From positions 62,001 through 126,000 of the forward strand of contig CAJINV010000016.1 in the NCBI GenBank assembly GCA_905178155.1: 64,000 nt of DNA, written 5' to 3'. This document shows, piece after piece, positions 1 through 11,600 of the stretch (its first letter is position 1; each line of letters opens with the position of its first letter). The DNA is from Amoebophrya sp. A120 (Eukaryota > Protista > Dinoflagellata). A model generated the notes under the pieces. That model did not search any database. It saw nothing but the letters and a program-made list of their open reading frames with translations, and was not told the origin of the DNA. The position numbers and the translations under genes are program-made.

Positions 1-437
1 TTAGAGGGCTTTTAGAAGTGGAAACCGCCCGGGCGTTTTCCGCATGATTGCCCTGAGAGCCCGCGAAGCTTTATCTTGGTGCGAGTTGGCGCTTACGCGC
101 TCCCCCCGGGTATCGTTTCTGGCCCATGACACAAAATCGGCGCACCTGGAAAAAAGGGCACGCCGAGAATAAAAAATACACAAAGAACGGCTGGGAGCCC
201 GGGCGAGAAAACATCGCGCAGGTCTACCCAATGGACCAATGTTGCCAGGGCGAGGGACGTAGCGCCCTGCTGCCAATTTTCGAGACGCAAAATTCCACGA
301 AATTCCGCTTTTAGTTATCTCATCGGAACGCGTCGCANNNNNNNNNNNNNNNNNNNNNNNNNNNNNNNNNNNNNNNNNNNNNNNNNNNNNNNNNNNNNNN
401 NNNNNNNNNNNNNNNNNNNNNNNNNNNNNNNNNNNNN

Positions 438-902
438 GGAGGTAGGCCCAGGACGCTTTACCCAGCCCCAACGGCGCGGTCCAACGGGCCGCTCGGGTTT
501 AGGGATACCACATGGAAGGAACGAAACGAAAGACATATCTACCTCGGTAGATCCTTTTCGTGTAGTAACTGGGATTTGGGGTCCCCCGTTCGCACTATAT
601 CGGCTGGCAGATCCGTAGAAGCTATTGCACGTTTGCGATCTCCTCCCCTAGAGTGGGGAGGAGCGATGTAGAGTCATCGATATGTGCGTCTGGGGGACGT
701 AGGTTTAGGTGAATTCTTGCCCCACCCCCCCACCCGAGTGGCCGTATACGTCGTGCCGGTTCGTCCGGACAGACGTTTGGTGGTGAGGCGTGCTGGGCCT
801 CGGTTTTGGGAGGTAGGCCCAGGACGCTTTACCCAGCCCCAACGGCGCGGTCCAACGGGCCGCTCGGGTTTAGGGATACCACATGGAAGGAACGAAACGA
901 AA
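438..902. repeat. 94-bp direct repeat (438-531 and 809-902) next to assembly gap
   Basis: GGAGGTAGGCCCAGG...GGGTTTAGGGATACC...GAAACGAAA occurs twice, offset 371 bp; N-gap at 338-437. Confidence 0.9.
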
Positions 903-2639
903 TGATTCTTCGATATTCATCTCTGTGGATCATGATCATGGATTTCTCTATTCACATCTGATTCTTGGATATCTTGATATAATATATCAATCATATTCGA
1001 ATATATTCCAGATATGTGCTCTGTTTGTTTGTTTATGTTCATGTGTCAATGTGGGAATGTGTTTATTCACCTTTTTCTCTAGTGTTATTTCAATAAAAAT
1101 CCATTGTTGTTCTCGATTTCCAATGTTGATTTTCCAATGATTTTCAGAATTCGAGAAGATGAAAAATTCCATCAAAATAACAAAATAAAAAATCAAGAAA
1201 ATTCATAATCCTGATGAGATTCTGACACCATGAAAATTTTTCAAGAAAAATTGAAAAATCGGTTGCTTCTTCATTCCATTACATAAAAAAAAAAAAAGGA
1301 AAAATGGAAAAATTTGCGTCACATTTTTGAAAATGATCAATATTCATTCTAATCGGATATCTTCCAAAGAACATCCCGACTATTATCCACAAAAAAATCC
1401 AAACTGATCTAACCTCAACATTTTTTCATGAAAAATCATCGATCCAAAGAACTGAATTTTTCTTTTATAGAAATATTCATCATCTTTCTTTCTTTCTTTC
1501 CATGTCCGGGCATGGCTTCAAATGTTCAAGGCCCTAATTCATCATCTCCATCATCTTGATAACATAGAGAGGGATCATTAGGGGTTATTATGATTTATTT
1601 CAATTAACGATGATCATGATGATATTCAATTTATGATGAAGATGGTTCTATGAGATGAGAAAGAATCGAATCCATATCATCCATCATGGATTGTCATCAT
1701 AGAATTTTGCGAATGATTTTTCTTGGATATGTATTATACAACTTCATATTGAAATAGAATAGAGAAGCGAGATCGATGAATATTTTCAATCGTTTTTCTT
1801 GAGAGGCAGGACATATCACGCAGCGTATTGATCATGTATGCAATCAACTCAATTGCAATGGTATTTCATCGGTTGAGATTGTCTGTCTTTGACTTTGATT
1901 GTCGTAGAACACACAGCAGTAAATTGTGCTTGTCCAGCGCCAGCCCAAAAATCAGATGAGCATGTAATTGTAGGCGGTTCTCAATCTCCCATATAAAAAA
2001 GACCGGTGGTCGGTAATGGTACTATGAATGAGCACGACATGATCGTGTTTCTGTTTGTATCGCAGCGATGTCTCGATGTTGCATCGTATCGGGCCAGTTT
2101 ATGCAACTTTCGATTCGATTTTTTGTGTATCAATGACAGCCACCAAGAGAGGGTGTTCGACTTTGCGTTCTCTTTTCACAGTGTCCTTGCTTTGAAAAAA
2201 ATTGCTGTGTCTTCTTCTTGGGCTTGGCGCTTGGAATTTGACTAATAGAGACTACGTGATTGTTCCTTTTTATGTGAATCGCCCGTGAGTTGTGATTTTG
2301 GTTTCCAGAGTGAACAATGGCGTAGAGGTGTTGCTTTGTTCCTAGATTTTCAACAAAAAATTTCAAAAATGAAAAGATAGCCTTCGCTTTCTTGTTGTTG
2401 ACATCAGCCCTGTGATTGCTACCGATTGATAGCGATGATGAAGAATCGAAATTCCTCCACCTCCTAGTCATCAGAATCTTCATCGTCATCGTCGTCTGAG
2501 TCGCCCTCCTGCTCCTCGAGTCGTTTTTTGAATTCTGCCAGCAGATATGCAAAACAAAACTCCCATCATCGATCGCGATCGCTGCAAAATAAACCTGTCT
2601 CACGCGGCTATTCCTACTTTTTTTGAAGCTGGTGCATGA

Positions 2640-5600
2640 TCACGCAACCTCCTGCGCCAGACGTCTACTTTTTAAAAAAATAGTCGCCGTTATGCATGAC
2701 TTACGCTCCATCACCAACCCTATCGCGTTTTGATGCATCATGGACATGGTTCGTCTTCGTGCGCGTTCGATGATTGCTGTAGTTCTCTCTTTTCTGCGTA
2801 ACGGATCCTCGCGGCACTGTAGGGCGATAACCGTGATGAGAACGAACACCAAGACGGTACTCCCACCGTACGTCAGAATCTCCGGCAGTAAGTCAAGCTC
2901 GGCTTCTTGCGCTGCTTCATCTTGCAGCATGCCCTCCTCTGTTTGGGTTTGGTTGTTGACAGTTTTTTCGCAATATCGTCGCTCGATGTGGTGCATACGA
3001 GAATAAATTGGAAATGTTAAATGACATTTACAAACCGGAACTATATGTTAGTATAATCTTAATCGATCTGCTTCATCTTCACGCATTATCACAGAATGAC
3101 GAGATAAAGTTGTAGAAGAAACAGAAACCAACAGCAAGCTGAGCTTGCTACGTATATAAAATCGTAGAAGTCGGTGCTAAAGTACCCATGCAGCAAGTGT
3201 TATTGTCCGGGTAGTCAACGCACATACTGTTAAGGCAAAACCGCATTACAAATTCAATTCATAATACTAAGCAATGCAATTACTATGCATTATATCCATG
3301 CGAAAAAAGAGGTAGACAGAGGGCCCCAGAGAGGTGGCCGAGAGATAAAAAAGAGGTCGACAGAGGTAGAAAAGAGGTCGACAGAGGTGGAGAGGTGGCG
3401 CGGGACCCCGTTCGAGAGGGTCCGCGAGAGGGTGCGCGAATAAGGCCCGCAGTAAGCGCCCACCCTTAGGCGCCGCCTAAGTGGCACAGAGGGTGCAGAG
3501 AGGTCAAAAAGAGGGGGCGCGAGAGGTCGACAGAGGTGGGGAGAGGTGTTGCGAATAAGGGGCGACCTCTCGCGGACCCTCTTGGCCACCTCTCGGCCAC
3601 CTCTGTCGACCTCTGCCCGCGAGTATAGCCGGATTATTAGCGGGGACCCCCCAAAAGAGGCCAAAAAGAGGTCTGCGAGAGGTCTGCGAGAGGGTGAAAG
3701 CACAAAGAAGCGGGCGCGAATCCGCATGGCACTACCCATATTTGGCACCGCAGGCCATTCGCGGAGCTGTTTTGTTCGGCGCCTTTCCGTGCCACCCTCT
3801 CGCGCCACCCTCTCGCGCCACCCTCTCGCGCCACCCTCTCGCGCACCCTCTCGCGCCACCCTCCCGCGCCACCCTCTCCCGCCATGCGGCTTCTGTTCGC
3901 CCCCGGTGTTCTTTGCAACTGCTCCCTGCGCAGAGCGCCCACAGGCGCGGGAAGCGCGCAAGTGGTCCTGCGGCTTGGCGCGGCGCAAATCGGCGGCAGG
4001 AATCCAGTATGTTTCGTTGTGCCTAGGCCCGTGGGGTTGTGGTCCGAGCGGCAAACAGCCTTGCCCCGGCCCAACAGCCTTGCGCTCCGGCGGCAGCCGG
4101 AGCATGGCTGGTTTGACTAGTACGATACTTTTGCAGTTCATATGCTAGTAGTACCCATGCAGCAAGTGTTATTGTCCGGGTAGTCGACGCACATCCCGCC
4201 CGCAGCGTTGCACTGCACGGTCTCGTCCGTTATGGGCACCATGTTCGGTCCAGAAGTATCGTAGCACCGCAAGACCGTAAAAAAATCCACACACTGTGTC
4301 GTCGCGCGGCAACAGGTGTCCTTGTGCTGCTCCTTGCAGACGTTTCCGTAATACGCCAACGGATCCGCGTCGCACAGGACCGACGAGCTGTTTGCCGCTG
4401 GCACCCACCCGCGCTCGAACAGCGTTTCGCAATACTCCAAGTCGAACAACATGTCGCAGAACTTTTTCGGTACACAGCACGCATCGTAGAAGTTTCCAAC
4501 CGTGGCCGGGTCGCGGGCAGAAAAGTAGACGCCGTCGGTGGTGCTTGTTATGCATTTTCGCACAAATCATGCCTGGATCTGGATTGGTGTGTGATGCGAG
4601 ATGAGTGGAAGTAGGACAACAAGATCTGTGATGCCTGATTTTGATTACGAATGACAGAGAAGTTTTTTGGTCGTGTTGGAAGCCAGTTTGTCACGAGTTT
4701 TGCGAATAATTCTCCAAAATCGACTTGCAAAATTTCTGATGCTCGTATGCCGTACAAGTGGCCACTCTGCGATGCGAGTATGAGGACCACAACGAAGTAG
4801 ACGAGTTTCCAGACCTAGACACATTTGCGATGCGTACTGGTGCTGGCCATGCATTTCTCATCCGATTTGACAGCATACATGGCGGTTTTCTCGGTTTGGC
4901 GGATCGCTTTCGCGTCTGCGTACACTTGTGGCTGGAAGGGAAGGAAGGAATCCGCGTAGCTGCCGCAGGCTGGTTTTTAATGAATTATCATTTGTGAAAG
5001 TGATTACAGTTGAGTGATTACAGTTGTGGTAGCTATTGCAAAATTAGCATGATCACACTTATAAATACGCCTCATGAGAAAACGAATTATGGCGTTCCGC
5101 GGATATTGGTTTTATGGGGTTACGAAGATCTTTTCTGTTAACTCAAAGTTAAGGAATGATTTTCTTGACTTTCCGGATTGATATGCGAAAGCCGAATTTT
5201 TCGGGTGATTGTAATGGAGCGAAAAAAAGAAGAAACGGCTCCAAAAATGCACGGGCTGCTCAGCAAGGCTGTACGGAGCCGCCCCATATCTTCAGCGCGG
5301 AAACATGGCGACGCGACGCGGGTTTGTTGGTTTACAACGCCAGCCCAAGGGCCCAAAGTGGTGACCCATGTTGCCGTGGCGCCGATCGGGGCCGCGGTAG
5401 AAGCGCGTGCCCGCGTCGCACCCGGCCACGAATGCAAACGGGCGAGCCGCCAGTTTACATCCCCGGGCGGAACGCGTCCGCGTGCGGCGCATCTGTGCGC
5501 GCACATAAAAACAAGTGCCCCCATATAAATATGCCACCACGGCAGACTGCGCAATTCCGTGGCAGCCCCGGCGAAGTAAGTGGCCCCACGCTCGGTCGTC

Positions 5601-8600
5601 GGTGTGCACTCAGTTCGTTGCGCGCGCGCCGGGCATTAGACAAGCAAAACGACCCATATTTACCTGCGCGCCGGCGCAAAGGGCGGGGCGACCGATCCGG
5701 CGCTCCAGAGCAAACAAAAGAGCAGGGGGGCCAGCGCTCTGGCAGGTCCCTCTGCCGCCCGCCTGGCAACGGGCGGCGCCCCCACGCCTCCGTCGCCTGC
5801 GGGCCACGGCCGATGGGGCTCAACAATATCAATATTGGGCCCAAGCCCGGGCGCCGGGCCCCTTCCGCCGGCTTTTTGGGCGGGCCCTTCTGAACGAAGG
5901 CCGCCCGCGACTTTTCTGCCGGATGGGCCAGGCAACCACTTTGAAGGAGGACTGCCGCGCCGGCGCACCAACCGCCACGCAACCTGCCGCCCACGATATC
6001 TACCACCAACGCAATGTATGCTTGCAAAGAGAAAGAGCGGCCCCGGGGAGGGGCCTGGGATTGCCCGGGCGAACGTCGTGCCCATGTTATGTTGAGGCAC
6101 CGGCCCACGCCAGAGCCCTCGCTGCCGCTGCCCCGCCCGCCTCCGTCGCTTGCGCGGGCGCGCCGGCCAATTCTATTTTTGAATCGATAGCCTTCCCTCG
6201 GTAGCCTTCCCTTATTTTATTCATGCAGCGAAAGAGGAGGGGGCGGCGTGCCGCCGGTGCGGGCGGACGGTTGGGGGGGCGAAGGCGTTGGTGCCAAGAA
6301 AACGAATTATGGCGTTCCGCGGATGTTGGTTTACTTTTACATGAGAAACTACAAAAAAATAAAAAATCCACTGGTACAAGCGCCAGTGTTTCAAAATAGT
6401 ACTTCCCATGCAGATTCTCCACTGATCCGAGGACTTCTATCCACTCCAAACATGTCTGGATCTGGACAAATGTGAACTTGTGACCACGCGTGGTCCCGTG
6501 GACTCCCCCAAATTTTTAGCATCACTAGTCCCATAAGGTCTTGCCTGCTTATGAATCTGTGGTCGAGTCGCGAGCAGGACGTGTAGTTTATTCATGCCGG
6601 ATAGCAAAACCTCCAAAAGGCATTCGCATTTCATTTCATACGATGCATAGACCTTGTAGAAAAATCAGTGATGCTAGAAAGTCCTGCATGGCAGATCTCA
6701 TGATGAGGCTGCACGGAAAAAATGCATGACAGACTTTTCTATTTCTTCCAGACCCAGACATATGATTTGCACTTCATAACTTCTCTGCCACATCGATTGT
6801 GTCCTCGAAAACTGGACTGCTCCATCTCTCGTTGTATCGCGCCAAAAAGTGTTAGCGTAATAACGGAACTTGGCATGCAGGAATGCACGATGAATGATGC
6901 CCAAATTTGTATTGCATGGCATGCATGATAGCGAAAACTTGTCATGCATGACTGCCATGGCTCAAAAGCCGTTAACTTTAACACTTTTTTGGTTGATACG
7001 TTGAAATGAAACTTCAGAGTATCGTCCGCCGCATCGAGCAGAAGCCCGCAGTCCTGAACGAATTTCCTCTTGTCCGCTTCCGGAACTTCCTGCCACGTCA
7101 TAGCCCCGCCGGTGTGGATTCCCTCGATCAACCCGGTGTCCTTGCGATTCGCATTGGAAAAGAGTTTCGTCAGCGATTCGCACTCCGCGAGATTCGGGGT
7201 GTTGAAGTGCACTGGGCACCCGGAGAAGCCCCGCTCGAGGTTGTAGTAGGGAACGTGGGCGACCCGAAGGTCTGGGCCGTTTCTGGTTCCCGCGATGCCA
7301 GTATAGTCCCACGACTCAAAAGAAGCCGAAGCACGTTGGATATAATCCACGTCCTTTTTCACGTCAAAGCCGCACGCCGTGTCGGGTGTGTCGTCCACGG
7401 TGAGGTCAATGTTCTCGTGGAGGGGAAGGTTCGCGAACCAGAACATTCTTTTCTCTACATTAACGTCGAGATCTATGGATGTGTCAGGATCGAAATCGAC
7501 AAAGTTGAAATGATTTGCCATCCAAGTGGCGCATGACAAGTTTTGGTGATGGCTAAATCCAGTTTGTCATGCTGTTTAGGCCAAGAAAACTGATTTTCTC
7601 ATGCTACTTTAGCAGCCCGAGCTCTAACCCCAAACAGGGTTACAGTCGGCCTCTCTTGCCTGCTCTGCAACGCACGTATTTCGCGTCGTGCGTTTTAGCA
7701 TTACAAGTTATATCAACTTTGTCGATTTCAATTCTGACACCCCCATAAGATCCGGCGGGGCCCCTTTTGATCCCGGGACGGGGTGAATCTGGCAAAGCGC
7801 GTATCAAAAGCAAAAATCCCCCCTCCCCATATCGAAAAGGTATGTTTCCGAAAATTTGCGTTGCTGATTTGAGGCCGCAAATCACATTTGTATTGCAAGA
7901 AGACAAGGGCAGAAACTTCCGCCCCACTATGGATTCGATTTGTCATGCTGTTGGGCCTAAGTAAAGGGGAGCCGCTTGCCATGCTGAACAACTAGACGCA
8001 TACGCCCCTACCTAGCCTGGGGATCTGACTGCAATGCTTTCCTGCAATACAAACCTGATTTGTGTACTCAAATCCAGCATCAGAAATTTCGTTTTGATGT
8101 GGGGGGGCGGGATTTTTCCTTACGATAGCGCGGTGTAGTCTGAAGAGTCGGCAGCTCCCCTGCGATAATTGTTTGACGCTGTAAAAAAAAGTTAGTAAGG
8201 TGTTGGTCGTGCTGTTGCTGACAATTGGTTTTGCTTAACATCAAAAAGAGAAACGCTAAATGGTAAATGCTGTGAAAACGTCAGAAGTCATGCATATCAT
8301 TCGCATTCCACCACTCAACATTTTAGCCTACTAGAAACAACTAAAGAAACGTCGCAGTGCAGCAAACACGAATAAAGAATACTTTCGGGTGATTATGTAG
8401 CTGCAACCCTGCCAGGGCCGTCGGTTGAGGTTGGGCGCGTAGGGAAACTTGGACCAAAGGCATGCACTTCAAAAGTTGTATCGTGCTCGTAGTAATTGCA
8501 GTCATGCATAATTACAAATTTTTTTCTTACGGTAAACTCCCAATCTCAATCTCTTTATAAATTCAATTTCTCATGCCGAGCAAAGAATTTGTGATGCGAC

Positions 8601-11600
8601 TACTACTAGTACGGTTGTACTTTTGCGATGCATAAAAGCAATGAACTGCAAAAGTATCGTACTCGTATAAATGCATTACAAATTTCCTTTAGCATGAGAA
8701 AGAAAATTTGTAATGCGGATTTACCTTAAGAGCAAGATTTGTAATGCATGATTACAATACGAGTACGATACTTTTGCGATGCATAAAAGCTCCTTGCAGG
8801 CGATTTCGCAGTCGTGTCTTTCCTGGTTGAAGAAATGCAGCCGTGTCTATCTATCCTGTGCAAAAGTATCGTACTCGTACTAATCGCAGTCATGCATTAC
8901 AAATTCTGTTCTCAATGTAAATCCGCATTACAAATCTTATTTCTCATGCTGAGGGAATTTGTCATGCATTTATACGAGTACGATGCTTTTGCATTCCATA
9001 CTATCCAGGAAAAAACAATCACCCCCATGCATTTTTGCATGGCAAACACAGGACTTCATGCATGTTTTGTAATGACAAATTGGATGCTGGGGATCGTTTT
9101 TTTTTTCTCGATAGGGTCCACTTTCGTTCGAAGAGGGTATGGGTAGTGTCGCCGTTATCGACTGCTGACAAAATAACGACAACCAGAATTTTCTCGACAG
9201 GGGTTCGATGATTGTTGATTCTTTGTCTTGCAGCTTCGATTGTTCCACAATTTGATGAAGTCGAATTTTTCGCATGATCTTCGAAGAAGCGAGCCTTCTC
9301 AGCAGGTGGCTCCCGCATCATGCTTTGTATCATGTAAGTTGAAGTTCAGAATTTCTTTTTGCGCATGTTGCTTGTGCCTGCACATGCAATTTCCCGTTGT
9401 TGTGCCTGAAAATGCAATTCTGTCGCACTTCCTGTTGAATTAGTTTCCTCTACTACCGCCCCCCGTTTGCTTCAAGACTGGAATGTAGTTGTCAACAGCT
9501 GCTTTTCATACGGCTCAGCTAATCCCACTATCCGACAGAAAAGCACCACACCCATAACATACCATCCTGTTCCGCATGAGATAGTCACAGTCTCCATTAC
9601 ATGACAGGTTTTTAGAACATGATCGCAAAGTTTTTTTGTGCCAGAAAAGGAAAACAGCACCGTAAACAAAATGCATTTTGTTTCATCTGGTATGATGACC
9701 GTGCTTTTCATCTCTGGGATACCCACAGCTAGGAAGGCTTTATCTGACATCCAGTTCAACGCACACCCGCCGGATCCCGGACCGTCAAAAGCAAACGCTG
9801 CGGCTATAGCGGGGAAGTGAGTTGTGATGTGTGACTTTCGGCGGGGCCGCTAGCCCTAAGAAGAGTCGCAAGAACCTGGCATGCGAGTACTAATTCACAG
9901 CGTCCTGGGGGTGTTCTTGTGCTTTGGCATGCAAATAAAGAGAAAGAGAACACCTCGCTCAACTCCACTTACGTGCAGTCTGGAGTCGTGATCTTTGGGA
10001 AGTGTGTCGCATCAACACTAGGAAGGCTGCGTATCGAACTCCGCCCAATGTAGTTGACTTGGAATTTTTCTTGCCACTAGCAGGAGTTCTTGCCCGAAAG
10101 ATGAAGATCAGCCTCTTCTTCCCCTGCATAACGGTGGGAGGTGTTTTTGACGCTACGGTTTGGTCGGGAAAGTAGTCCAGATATGTTTTACATTCGTCCG
10201 GGTCCGTGAACTTTGCAAACCGAATTTATGCCCTGCTCAACTGGAAGAATAGCAAGTGGAGCAGTGATGTAAAACCGAAAGTAAAGCCAGCAAAAGTTGT
10301 CTTGCACAAAGAGCAAAAGTACAGACTGTGTGTTCCTGCTCTACATGGAAAATCTTGTGCAGATAATTTCAATGCAGATTGGCGTCTCGTCAGAGACTTT
10401 TTCCCATGGAGCTGCACGCAATGGTAATATTGATAGCTAGAGTCCCATCTGAGGTGGCCATAGAATGATACCGTCGTCTTTCCCTTGCGGGGTGCCGACC
10501 TGGAGGTGTTCGAATTAAAATTAAAAGAGGATTCCTGTGGTTCTTCATGTTCGTCTATTTCTTGGGGGTCGTTGCGTAATTTTGGCTTATGGGGTGGTCC
10601 TGAGTGACATCGTCCACACTACATCTTGTCAAGATGTAGTAGATCAAGACTTGATCTACCACCTCAACAACGAGTAGTAGCATCTCCTCTATGGAAAGTC
10701 CCATCATAACGATCAAGCAGAGTAATTTGTTCTCTACCGTCAGCCGACACTCGTCCACGTTGAGCCCGGAAAGAATTTTCTCATTATCCGCTCCGACTGC
10801 TTGGCCTGATATCGGATCAACGGCGCTATTATCAACTGTAAAAATGTCTGGGTCTGGGAGAATCCAACTTGTCATGCTGATTTTGGATTCTAAAAAAATC
10901 TGTATTGCATGAGCAGCAAAGAGAGTCCAAGTTGTGCTACACGGAAAGAGCATTTGTCATGCGGTATAGGCATCAGGAAGCCCTCACAAAATCTGTGATG
11001 CTAGGGCATGCATCACAGACATCAGGAGTCACGCAAAATGTGCATGACAAGCCTGGCAATCTTCCAGACCCAGACATTTTTACATTTGATAGCTATGTCC
11101 GATCTTCGTGTTCCCAGTGCTGTCGATCGGGTGGTTTAGATTCCCTATGGGAGTGTCAGAATCGAAATCGACAAAATCGAAAAACTTGTAATGCATAAAA
11201 TGCAGGGCACGCGCGGCCTGTGTTGGGGAGCAGGCAAATGAGACCGATTGCAAGCCTGTTTAGAGGAGGACGATGCGCTCCCAGAGTAGCATGACAGGGT
11301 CAGTCTTCTTTGCCCAAACAGCATGACACACTGAATCTTGGTGCTCCCGAAATTTGTCATGCGCCACCTGAAAGCTGAGGCTTCAACTGGCATCGATTTT
11401 GCGCATCACAAATTTTTCGATTTTGTCGATTTCGATTCTGACACTCCCATATTCCCGCTTTTTGGCGTATGAGAGGGCACAACTAGTTGTACTCCCCCTT
11501 ATTTAATATGGCTACTACAACAGCACTAGAAACTAGACTACACCAACCGCGCAGTGCTGGACATGGAGCTTGCAGTGGCTGTGCATGGCAAGTCCTCTCT

